This document shows, in pieces, positions 43,430 to 55,005 of a DNA stretch of 64,000 nt (the first letter of the stretch is position 1; each line of letters starts with the position of its first letter). A program made the translations under genes and the position numbers. The notes under the pieces are model-generated. The model was not told where the DNA came from, made no database searches, and worked only from the letters and a program-made list of their open reading frames with translations. The stretch covers positions 186,001 through 250,000 of the forward strand of contig JASTWF010000367.1 in the NCBI GenBank assembly GCA_030390025.1, given 5' to 3'. Source of the stretch: Squalus acanthias. Lineage: Eukaryota.

Positions 43430-44425
43430 AAACATTTTCAGTTTAGTAGCCCCACTGGTGAAAGATTTCTTCTTCCTGGTCGTTCCGGAGCTGCTAACAA
43501 GGCTTTGGGGGACAAGTGTTTTGGGGGACAACCCGGGTTTCTTCTTGTTCTTCCCGCCATGGTGTTTGATTTGCGGGGGACGGGGGGGTAAGTTTCGGAC
43601 TGACTTTCACTTTGAATTCTCTGGTATGTGTGGTTCCGTTTCCACATTCTGATACATGATCAGTAACACACATTTCTTGGCCCAGCCCTCCCTCCTTTTC
43701 ACACAGCATCCACTGATAAGGGGGGTCATTTTCTGCACCGGACACAAACGCAGGAGAAAGGCTGCAAACCGGGAATTCGGACCCAAAATAGACCCAATTC
43801 TTCATTGGGCCTGGTCGAGGGTTTACACATCCATGTATACCCTTAGGCTCCTGCCCCCACCGTAGCCAACACAAAATGGTTTCCCCATGGTCTACCCATT
43901 GAGTTGGGCTCCCATTATATCCCCAAGGATCTCCTATCTGGCGGTAACTAGTATTGTCACCCACCTTTGCCTGAATGAACCATACACGCGGCTGATTCAT
44001 AGTCCCACTCTTACACTTTATACATATTCCCCTCCCTTCTTGGACCGGTGTATGTGGTTACCCGGACTATTCCTAAACAACTTGTATCGCACGAACCCTT
44101 GATAGATCGGACGGTAACCTCCCGAGCGATACCTTGGGGCGGAGTTACAGGGCAATGGTAATCTGACTGTCGTAACTTGAATCGCTGGATGCTTCCCCAT
44201 GAGTTCCTGCTGCCCTTTCGAGATAGAGCGCTATGTCACAGTGCAACCAAAAAATCCCCCCCATATCTCTGCCTTGTTCTGGCCTGTGGAAGAGGGGAAC
44301 AAAACGGAGAGTTACTCCCTGTCCTGCCTCCCGTCTTCCCACCATTGGACTTTTAGGATCAGCACTGACTATTCACTGGACCGCCTTGGCCGTTTCCGAG
44401 GTCGTTGCCTCAGATTGTAATTACC
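43430..44425 (-). mobile_element. Possible LTR-retroelement fragment: pol/integrase tail and spliced env-like or accessory ORF remnant
   Basis: GNYNLRQRPRKRPRRSSE*, then the acceptor TTTTGTTCCCCTCTTCCACAG, then Cys/Trp-rich broken ORFs (43494-44000). Confidence 0.4.
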
Positions 44426-46137
44426 AGTTACCATGGGTGACTTTAATCTACATATAGATTGGGCTAACCAAATTAGTAACAATACTGTGGAGGAGGAATT
44501 CCTAGAGTGTATACGGAATAGTTTCCTGGACCAATATGTGGACGAACCAACTAGAGATCAGGCCATCTTAGACTGGGTATTATGTAGTGAGAAAGGATTA
44601 ATTAGCAAAATTGTTGTGCGAGGCACATTGGGGAGGAGCGATCATAATATGATCGAATTCTTCATTAAGATGGAGAGTGAAGTAGTTGACTCAGAGACGA
44701 GGGTCCTGAATTTAAATAAAGGAAAATACTATGGTATGAGGCCCGAGTTGGCGAGGATGGATTGGGGAACGTTACTTAAAGGATTGACGGTAGATATTCA
44801 ATGGCAAACATTTCAAGATCGCATGGATGAACTAGAGAATTTGTTGATCCCTGTTTGGCATAGAAATAAAACAAAAAAGGTGACTCAACCGTGGCTAACA
44901 AGGGGAATTAGGGATAGCATAAGATCCAAGGAGAGGACATATAAATTGGCCAGAAAAATCAGCAAAACTGAGGATTGGGAGCAGTTAGGATTCAGCAAAG
45001 GAGGACAAAGGGATTAATTAAGCAGGGGAAAATAGAGTATGAGAGTAAGCTTGCAGGAAACATAAAAAATGACTGTAAAAGCTTCTATAGATATGTGAAG
45101 CGAAAAAGATTGATGAAGTCAAGCGTAAGTCCCTTGCAGTCAGAATCAGGAGAATTTATAATGAGGAACAAAGAAATGGCAGACCAATTAAATACATACT
45201 TTGGTTCTGTCTTCACAAAGGAGGACACAAATAAACTCCCAGAGATGTCGGGGAACATAGGGTCTAATCAGAGGGAGGAATTGAATGAAATCAGTATTGG
45301 TAGGGATATGGTGTTAGGGAAATTGACGGGATTGAAGGCCGATAAATCCCCAGGGCCTGATAATCTACATCCTAGGGTACTTAAGGAAGTGGCCCTAGAA
45401 ATAGTAGATGCAACGAGACCTGGGTGTCCTTGTGCACCAGTCGCTGTAGGTAAGCATGCAGGTGCAGCAGGCAGTTAAGAAGGGCAAATGGTATGTTGGC
45501 CTTCATAGCGAGAGGATTCGAGTACACGAGCAAGGATGTCTTGCTGCAGTTGTACAGGGCCTTGGTGAGACCACACCTTGAGTATTGTGTGCAGTTTTGG
45601 TCACCTTATCTGAGGAAGGATGTTCTGCCATGGAGAGAGTGCAGCGAAGATTAACCAGTCTGATACATGGGATGGCAGGAATGACGTATGAGGAGAGATT
45701 GGGTCGATTTGGCTTATATGCGTTAGAGTTTTGAAGAATGAGAGGGGATCTCATTGAAACTTATAAAATTCTAACAGGACTAGACAGATTAGATGCAGGA
45801 AGGATGTTCCCGATGGCGGAGGAGTCCAGAACCAGGGGTCACAGTCTAAGGATAAGGGGTAAGCCATTTAGGACTGAGATGAGGCGGAATTTCTTCACCC
45901 AGACAGTGGTGAACCTGTGGAATTCTCTACCACACAAGGCAGTTGTGGCCAATTCATTAAATATATTCAATAAGGAGTTAGATATATTTCTTAAGGCTAA
46001 ATGGATCAAGGGATATGGGGAGAAAGCAGTGACAGGGTACTGAATTTGGATGATCAGCCATGATCTCATTAAATGGCGGAACACGCTCGAGGGGCCAAAT
46101 GGCCGACTCCTGCTCCTATATTCTATGTTTCTATGTA
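44426..46137 (+). mobile_element. CR1 LINE fragment with internal deletion of the RT core
   Basis: Closely matches 5857-8325, but jumps from GTAGATGCA (cf. ~6838) to ACGAGA (cf. ~7618). Ends in TTCTATG tail. Confidence 0.92.
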
Positions 46138-47085
46138 ACCCTCCTCTCTCAGACTGAACCGCCCCTTCTCTCAGACTGAACCGCCCCCTCTCTCAAACTG
46201 AACCGCCCCTTTCTCAGACTGAACCGCCCCCTCTCTCAGACTGAACCGAACCCTCTCTCAGACTGAACCACACCTCTCTCAGTCTGAACCATCCCCTCTC
46301 TCACACTGAACCGCCCCCTCTCTCAGACTGAACACCCCCCTCTCTCAGACTGAACACCCCTCTCTCAGACTGAACCGATCCCTCTCTCAGACTGAACCGA
46401 TCCCTCTCTCAGACTGAACCGACCCCTCTCTCAGACTGAACCGACTCTCTGTCAGACTGAACCCCCCTCTCTCAGACTGAACCCCCTTCTAAAGACTGAA
46501 CCACCCCCCTCTCTCAGAATGAACCGCCCTCTCTCTCAGACTGAACCGTCCCCTCTCTCAGACTGAACCGTCCCCTCTCTCAGACTGAACCACACCTCTC
46601 TCAGTCTGAACCATCCCCTCTCTCAGACTTAACCGTCCCCTCTCTCAGACTGAACCGTCCCCTCTCTCAGACTGAACCGGCCCCTCTCTCAGACTGAACC
46701 GGCCCCTCTCTCAGACTGAACCGTCCCATCTCTCAGACTGAACCGTCCACTCTCTCAGAATGAACCGCACCCTCTCTGAGACTCAACAGCCCCCTCTCTC
46801 AGACTGAACTGCAGCCCTCTCTCAGAGTGAAATGGCCGCCTCTCTCGGACTGAATCCCCGGCTCTCACAGACTGAATCCCCCCTCTCTCAGACTGGCCCG
46901 CCCCCTCTCTCACAGACTGAACCCCCAGTCTCTCAGACTGAACCCCCAGTGTCTCTGACTGAACCCCCAGTCTCTGAGACTGAATCCCCCCTCTCTCAGA
47001 CTGGCCCGCCCCCTCTCTCTCAGACTGAACCCCCAGTCTCTCAGACTGAACCCCCAGTGTCTCAGGCTGAACCCCCCCCCTGTCT
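46138..47085. repeat. ~20-22-bp minisatellite, >40 copies
   Basis: Unit CTCTCTCAGACTGAACCGCCCC, with variants toward the 3' end. Confidence 0.95.
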
Positions 47086-47789
47086 CTTCACTGTCTAAGA
47101 ACAACAATACGAATTTCTGCAGCTCCTTTAACGTAATAAAACTTCCCGAGCTCCTTTACAGGAGTGTAATCTGAAAAAAACTTTGAGACCGAGTCACGTA
47201 CTGATTAGGACAGGTGACCAATGAGGTCGATTTTAAAAAGAGACTTAAAGGAGGAGAGAGTGGCGTTGTGGGAACTCCAGAGCTTGAGTCCCTAGGCAGC
47301 TGAAGGCCAATGGAGGGATGAAGGAAATCGGGGATGTACAAGAGACCAGAATTGGAGGAGCGCAGAGATCTCGGAGGGTTGTAGGGCTGGAGGTGGTTAC
47401 CGAGATAGGGAGGATGCGAGGCCATGGATGAGAACTTTAAAATCGAGGCGTTGCTGGACCGGGAGCCAATGTAGGTCAGTGAGCACAGGGGTGATGGGTG
47501 AACAGGGAGCGGCACTGAATACCGTCCAGTCACATGAGAGAAGTGACCATGGAGACATCATTTCCTCCCCATTCAAGGACATCTTCATTCAGCAGTTACA
47601 TGGTTAATGTTTCGCCCCTTCGATGCGGCACGCCCTCCCCGCACTGAAACACCAGAGACTGGCTCTGAGGTGTTGGTCTGAAAGATCAAACAGCAGGGAA
47701 TCCGTGGAACGGTTCATAAAGACCCAGATAGAGGCGTTACAATTCATTCCTAGAGATGGGTCTCTTTTATTGCGATAATACTTCATAAA

Positions 47790-48830
47790 GAATTGTTTCT
47801 AACTCACTTTGTTCATAATTAAATGAGTTGTCTAACCGGTTCGATTAGTATTTTGAAACAGTCAGAGGGCGGAGAATGGCTCAAATCTCAAATAACAAGG
47901 ATCAGCTCCAATTACCAAACTGTGATTATCAGGAAGAAAACCAGGAACAGCCTCCTGATTGGTGGCAATTAGTTTACAAAGACAGAACTGGCAGGCTGCA
48001 CACGGAAAGGGAGAATCTGCGGATCCAGGTAAGGTCCATGTAGTTTGCAGCCTGTGTCTCTGGTCTAACTTTAATCTCCCTGTTTAAAGCCGGTGTCTGC
48101 CGGTGCAGCCTGTGTCCATGGTCTAACCTTAATCTCCCTGTTTAAAGCCGGTGTCTGCCGGTGCAGCCTGTGTCCAGGGTCTAACTTTAATCTCCCTGTT
48201 TAAAGCCGGTGTCTCCCGGTGCAGCCTGTGTCCAGGGTCTAACTTTAATCTCCCTGTTTGAAGCCGGTGTCTCCCGGTGCAGCCTGTGTCCAGGGTCTAA
48301 CTTTAATCTCCCTGTTTAAAGCCGGTGTCTCTCGGTGGAGCCTGTGTCCAGGGTCTAACTTTAATCTCCCTGTTTAAAGCCGCTGTATCCCGGTGCAGCC
48401 TGTGTCCAGGGTCTAACTTTAATCTCCCTGTTTAAAGCCGCTGTCTCCCGGTGCAGCCTGTGTCCAGGGTCTAACTTTAATCTCCCTGTTTAAAGCCGCT
48501 GTCTCCCGGTGCAGCCTGTGTCCAGTGTCTAACTTTAATCTCCCTGTTTAAAGCCGGTGTCTCCCGGTGCAGCCTGTGTCCAGGGTCTAACTTTAATCTC
48601 CCTGTTTAAAGCCGGTGTCTCCCGGTGCAGCCTGTGTCCAGGGACTAACTTTAATCTCCCTGTTTAAAGCCGCTGTCTCCCGGTGCAGCCTGTGTCCAGT
48701 GTCTAACTTTAATCTCCCTGTTTAAAGCCGGTGTCTCCCGGGGAGATGATGTTCCCCGGGCCCTCTCCCCCCGGCTCTAGCCATTCTCTCTGTGAGCGCT
48801 CGGACAGTGACCCAGGGCAGAGGCTCTGTT
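47790..48830 (+). promoter_or_regulatory. Copy A of a putative NLR promoter and non-coding first exon block
   Basis: Paralogous to 49285-49760. Donor-like CCAG|GTAAGG at 48028/48029. Confidence 0.45.
48047..48742. repeat. 58-bp tandem repeat, ~12 copies
   Basis: Unit GCAGCCTGTGTCCAGGGTCTAACTTTAATCTCCCTGTTTAAAGCCGGTGTCTCCCGGT. Confidence 0.95.
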
Positions 48831-49188
48831 TAACAGCGAGGGTCCCGGGGACCAGCCCGCTCCTGTTCTGCACCGCCCTTCTCAATCTTCAGAGTGATGG
48901 AGTGAGATGATTCAGAGTGTTACCCCATCCTCGGCAGCTGAGCCTGCGGCGGGCCCTGGACCCCTCTTCCTCTCTGAGGATCTTCACCACCACACACACT
49001 GTGTTCACACACTGCGTCTTTTGGGGACGCTCTCAGTTTTGAAGGTGACGGGGACCAGGTTGAGGAACTCTGGCGCTCGCCACCCACACAGTGTAGCCGC
49101 GCCCATCCCATCACTCGGTCCTCAGCACCTCAGCTCATGAAAGCGCTCTCAGGTGTTTGGCTCAATCTCCAAACATCAGGCGATCGGT

Positions 49189-49760
49189 GGGACTTTCCAC
49201 AATGTCACAGATGGAAATTGGAACAATTGGTGTCTAACGCTGGGTCTGTTTTGCTGCACTGACTGAACAGGAAGTGATAAAGACATGTTTCTAACTCACT
49301 TTATCTACAGTTAAACGGGGCGAGGACTTGTCAAAGCGGCTCGATTGGTTTTTACCAGAAACTCCGCTCCTCTTTCTAAAAATCGAAATTCTTCAGATGC
49401 CAAACAATCTCCGAGCAGAAACCACCTTTTCACCAGAGGGTGAAACTCGGGCACAAATCTCAACAACAAGGATCAGCTCAAATGATCAAACTGTGACTCG
49501 CTCCTTGAAAACCAGCCATTGGCTGCAGTGAATTTCCACAGAGGGAACTTGCAGAGAGACGGAGAATCCCGGGGACCAAGGTAATGGGAATAGAGCTCTG
49601 AACCTGTATTCTGTCTCACTCTGCATTGATTCTTTACCTCCCGTTTAAAGCCGGGTTCTCCCGGGGAGATTCTGTTCCACGGGCCGCTGTGGCCAATCCA
49701 TTCCCGGGCGGCTATCGCCATTCTCTGTCCGCTCGGACAGTGACCGAGGACGATCTGTCC
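49189..49760 (+). promoter_or_regulatory. Copy B of the putative NLR promoter and first exon, with NF-kB, ETS and GATA motifs
   Basis: GGGACTTTCC (49189-49198); ACAGGAAGTG overlapping TGATAAG (49267-49281); several GAAA cores; donor-like AAG|GTAATG at ~49580. Confidence 0.45.
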
Positions 49761-51024
49761 AACACTGGGACGCTCGGCTCAACCTGCTCCCGTTCCCCAC
49801 AACAACAACTTGTATTTATATAGCACCTCTAACATAGTAAAACGTCCCAAGGCGCTTCACAGGAGTGTTATAAGACAAACAATTTGACAGCGAGCCACAT
49901 AATGAGTAATTGGGGCACGTGACCAAAGCTTGGTCAAAGAGGTAGGTTTTAAGGAGAGTCTTGAAGGAGGAAAGAGAGGCGGAGAGGGTTAGGTATGGAG
50001 TTCCGGAGCTTAGGGCCGAGGCAGCTGAAGGCACTGTCACCGATGGTTGAGCGATTATAATCAGGGATGCTCAAAGGGGCAGAATTTGAAGAGTCCATAT
50101 ATGTGTGTGTGGGGGGTGGGGGGACTGAAGGAGATTACAGAGATAGGGAGGGACGAGGCCATAGAGGCTAATTTTGAAATCCAAGCCTTTGCTTAACGGG
50201 AGCCAATGTAGATCAGCGAGCCCAGAGGTGATGGCTGAATGGGACTTGGTGCGACTTAGGACATGGGCAACCGAGTTTTGGATGACCTCAAGTTTACTCC
50301 ACCATCCCTCTCTTTGTTAAGAGGGGTCGAGCGAGAGTGACCAGGAACACGGGCTCCACAGTGTCCGCCAATCCTAGGCTGGTCAGGTAGACAGTGGTGG
50401 GATTGTGGAAGTAGTTTAATGTAACACAATGTGGGACAATACACACTCTGGATTGAAGGGTTACAGACTGGAATACAGCGTGAATAGGGAATGACTGGGA
50501 GAGGGTCACACGGAGTTCACTCTAGATACAGAAATCACAAAACCTTGGATTCCAGCTCTAAACAACACTCGAGGTCACTGCAGTTGTTCAGTGAGCTGGA
50601 ACTCGGTGTGTTGAGCTTGGGACGCCTGTCCCAGGAAGGACAGATTGTCTCTGGAGGGAGTCCGGCTGGAATTGTTCAGGGTGAGAGCTGAGATGAAGGG
50701 ACTGAGCTATGATGAGAGACTAGGTTAACTTTAGTTATATTTCCAGGGATAAGTCGGTGGTCTAATTTAATATTCACCCCCTTGTTCTGATTTACCCAGA
50801 GTGACAATTCTTCCTCTGTAATATCCTGTCAATTCCCTTCATTGTGATTATCGAGGGCTGGTACAGAATCTTCACTCTGTTCGGGCAAACCAGAAAAAGG
50901 GGGTGGAATATTAAAATGATAACAAACCCGGTTAAAAGCCGATGAAAAAACGGTGTTCCTGTTATTAAGGATTCTGAGGCTACAGGCCGCCCGGTGATAC
51001 ATGGCGGATTAATTGTCAGTCGTA

Positions 51025-52220
51025 GATTTATACAGCACATAAAGAGGCCCTTCGTCCCATCGTGTCCGCGCCGGCCATCAAGTCCTATCTATTCTAATCC
51101 AATTTTCCAGCACTTGGTCCGTAGCCTTGTATTATATGGCGTTTCAAGTGCTCATCTAAATGCTTCTTGAATGTTGAGGGTTCCTGCCTCTACCACCCTT
51201 TCAGGCACTGACTTCCAGATTCCAACCACGCTCTGGGTGAAAAAGTGTTTCCCTCAAATCCCCTCTAAACCTCCTGCCCCTTACCTTGAAACTATGCCCC
51301 CTGGTTATTGACCTCTCTACTAAGGGGAAAAGTTTATTTCTATCTACCCTATCTATGCCCCTCATAATTTTGTACACCTCAATCAGGTCCCCCCTCAGCC
51401 TTCTCTGCTCTGAGGAAAACAACCCCAGCCTGTCCAGTCTCTCTTCATAGCTGAAGCGCTCCAGCCCAGGTAACATCCTGGTGAATCTCCTCTGCACCCT
51501 CTCCAATGCAATCACATCCTTCCTATAGTGTGGCGACCAGAACTGCACACAGTATTCCAGCTGTGGCCTAACTCGCGTTTTGTACAGGTCCATCATAACC
51601 CCCCTCCTTGGATGGGCCCAGAGAGATCGGACAGTATGTAACCGGGGAGGATGGGCCCAGTGAGATCAGACAGTGTGTAACCCGGGGAGGATGGGCCCAG
51701 TGACATCAGACAGTGTGTAAACTGAAGCGCTCCAGCCCAGGTAACATCCTGGTGAATCTCCTCTGCACCCTCTCCAATGCAATTACATCCTTCCTATAGT
51801 GTGGCGACCAGAACTGCACGCAGTATTCCAGCTGTGGCCTAACTAGCGTTTTGTACAGCTCCATCATAACCTCCCTGCTCTTGCCTTCTTTAGCCGAGGC
51901 ATAGAAACTAAGTATCCCGTATGCCTTTTTAACCACCTTATCTACCTGTCCTGCTGCCTTCAGGGAACTATGTACATGCACACCAAAGTCCCTCTGCTCC
52001 TCTGTCCTTCCTAGGGTCCTACCATTCATTGTGTATTCCCTTGCCTTGTTAGTCCTCCCAAAATGCATCACCTCACACTTTTCAGGTTTAAATTCCATTT
52101 GCCACTGTTCTGCCCATTTGATAAACCCGTCTATATCGTCCCTCCTCGCTATTTACCACTCCACCAATTTTCGTTTCATCTGCCAACTTACTGATCATAT
52201 CTCCTACATTCATATCTAAT
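51025..52220 (-). mobile_element. CR1 3' fragment with internal 150-bp duplication and filler repeat
   Basis: LYKTLVRPQLEYCVQFWSPHYRKDVIALERVQRRFTRMLPGLERFS occurs twice (51451-51600 and 51722-51871). Very similar to 60916-61860. Confidence 0.9.
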
Positions 52221-53069
52221 TGTGGTGTTACAAAGCGGGAGTTGTTGGTCAAGGAGTACAAGCGGAGGGAGAGAACAGTTCAGCAAAGACCATTGTAACT
52301 TTTAATGGAAATTGGATAAACATTTGAAGATACGGATCGATGGGACAGCGTGTGACGGTGAGATTAGTTTAGCTTTGTTCTGGTAAAGAGCTGGTGCAGA
52401 CACGGTGGCCTGATGCTTGCATTCTGTGCTGTAAACATCCATGTCAGTAAAGGGGGAATTTATATCTCGGGCGATGCAGGAATGGGCCGCAAACAGCAGG
52501 GGCGCTATTGCCCACTGGCAGCCTGTGATTTTCCTCAGTGAAATGAGTGAAGGGACAATCGCGGGCTGAGGGCGCAGTTCCCGACAGGTGATCCCGGCCG
52601 GCGTCAGGGGCGCTGAAGTGGAAAAATCTCCAGCAAAAGGTTAAAGTGCTGTCCTGGGTAATAAAATGCCAGAACAGGCTGTGTGGGATAAATCACTCCG
52701 GTCTGTTCCGATATTCCAGTGACAGCTTCTTGTTATCAAAATCAGTTCAAATCCAGATGGTCCTGTTCAGGAGATTGAAACTGTGATGGAGTGAAGCAGC
52801 CCCCAATGGTATAACAGAAATCTCCCCTGTTTCCAGCCTGGTAGGTTCCTATCCTAAAATTCGGTGCAGCGTTCTCAGCCGAGTTCTCAGAGCAACTTGG
52901 ACAGAATTTCCAGCGAGGTGGCAGAACTCCCTCCATAACTTCGGCGGGAGATCAGGGGAATCTTTCATTTCTGAAGGTAGAGGGGACCAGGTTCAGGAAC
53001 AACATCAACTGGTTGTGAAACTAAGAGTAGCCGTGCAATTGGAGGAGCCAGCTCAAGGATCATAGAAGG

Positions 53070-53935
53070 AGTTATTATTGTGGATGATCATCGCCATCAT
53101 GGCCTTGACGGAGTCCTGGCTGAGGGGTGATGACACCTTTCCCCTCAATGAAGCTTCCCCAAATGGCGATACCATCCACCATTCGCCCCGCTCAATCCAC
53201 TGCAGTGGTGGTGTAGCCCGTACCTCTAAATCACACCTTGGGCTGGCTCTCTTCTCTTCTGGTAACTTCTCCTTTGAGCATCTGGCACTGTTTCACCCCT
53301 CTTGCCTCTCATTCCCGCCCCGCACCGTTACCCCTGGAATCCACAAGGATCTATCCAGGGCTCCCTCCTATTTCTCAGCTGCATGCTATAATACGTCAGT
53401 TTCCACATGTACACTGACGACATCCAGCTCTACCTAACCACGACCCCTCCCTCGACCCAGTGCTTCCGTGATATCAGACTGCTTGTCGAACAAATAATCC
53501 TGGATGAGATACAATTTCCTCCAATTAAACATTGGCAAACCGAACCATTGACTTCACCCTGTCCACCCCCCCCCCCCACCCACCCCCCCCCACCCGCAAC
53601 ACACTCCATAACCTCATCATTGATTCCAGCCCCTCCCTGGCCTCTGTCTCGGGCTGAATCAGATTGATCGCATCCTCGGCGTCCTACTTGACTGAGCTGA
53701 GCTTTCCACCCCACATCCTCTCCATCATCAAGATAGCTTAGTTCCACCTCCGTAATATCGACCGTCTCCTCTTCTACCTCTGCTATTCTGCTGCTGAAAC
53801 CATCACCTGTCTTTTGTTACCTCCGGTCCCGACGGTTCCAATATTCTCCTGGCCGGCCTCCCATCTTCCACTTTCCATAAACAGAAGCTCATCCAAGACT
53901 CTGCCGGCTGTATCATAACCCGCACCAAGAGACGG
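53070..53935 (+). mobile_element. Degenerate, internally deleted L2-type LINE
   Basis: Endonuclease-like IMALTESWLRGDD..SGGVA and RT-like YTDDIQLY. Confidence 0.7.
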
Positions 53936-54534
53936 TCCACCTGCCCCACTGAGATAAACACTCCATTAGCTTTTTAAATTGTTTTTTGTACCTGTGTATT
54001 GGCGTTTAATCATTTGTGCACTTGGACTCACAAATCTCTGCTCCTTCGACAGTTCCTACTTTCTCACCATTTAGAAAATACTCCGATTTATCTTTCCTGG
54101 GTCCAAAGTGGGTGACCTGAGACTTGCCCACATTTAACTCCATTTGCCGCAGTGTTTCCACTCAATTACTCTCTCAATGTCCCTTTACAGCGTTGTGCTC
54201 CGGTCCCCACTACTTACTGTCCCCTGAACGGAGGGTCATCCGTGAGTTTGGATATAAAACTCTCTCTTCCTTCATCCCAGACATTAATAAATATAGTGAA
54301 AAGTTGAGTCCCCAGAACTGAGCCCTAGGGAACATGACTTGTCACTTCAATGGTATTAAACATTGGGAGTGAAGTAACACGGGCTGCCGACTCAACGTCA
54401 CCCGTTTTACACAATCGCATGAAGTCAAGATCTACCCCCTTGTGAAATAAAAGTAAATCAGAAACAAAAACATCGCCCGTGATGTAAAATCGATGCCAAT
54501 TCGCTACCTCCTATTTTTCAACAGGTAACTAAAG

Positions 54535-54645
54535 TTTTCCTACATTCCAACAGTGACTACACTTCAAAAGTACTTCATTGGCTGTAAAGCGCTTTGGAAC
54601 GCCCTGCGGTCCTGAGAGGCGCTATAGAAATGCAATTATTTCTTT
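54535..54645 (+). mobile_element. SINE 3' tail (shark SINE with L2-like end)
   Basis: CAGTGACTACACTTCAAAAGTACTTCATTGGCTGTAAAGCGCTTTGG...GGCGCTATAGAAATGCAA; the end motif is shared with the L2 tails in this window. Confidence 0.6.
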
Positions 54646-54839
54646 CTAAAATTACCGCCATGTCTAACATTGATAAAAAAAAAACACTGAGGGCATTAAC
54701 AATGTCTCACGTTTCAACAACACCATGTTCTGACTGTACTGAGTCTGTTTTTTCTGTAACCTCTCATCAAAATCAGTAACCCTTCAGTTTCAATTCCTGA
54801 AGTGAACTGTCCACGACTATTTACAACTTCTATTCACAG

Positions 54840-55005
54840 CTCCAAATGCCACAATCATTGAGATGCTCCGAACGTGGGATGCTGACGAGCTCTACAAGCT
54901 GGTGAAATTCTCCCGGGATAGACTGGAACAAGCGATGAAGAAGGGCTGGACGGTGTCATGGTGGGGTTAATCTAAGAGGAATAACTCAGTGGATTACAAC
55001 ATCGG
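54840..55005 (+). pseudogene. Dead paralogue of the NLR N-terminal death-fold exon
   Basis: ttcacag|..PNATIIEMLRTWDADELYKLVKFSRDRLEQAM / EEGLDGVMVGLI*EE*LSGLQHR|gtaagt. 166 bp versus 167 bp for 59247-59413. Confidence 0.85.

Noticed and set aside
46832..47107. SQTEPP-repeat ORFs
   Set aside because: Translations of the minisatellite.
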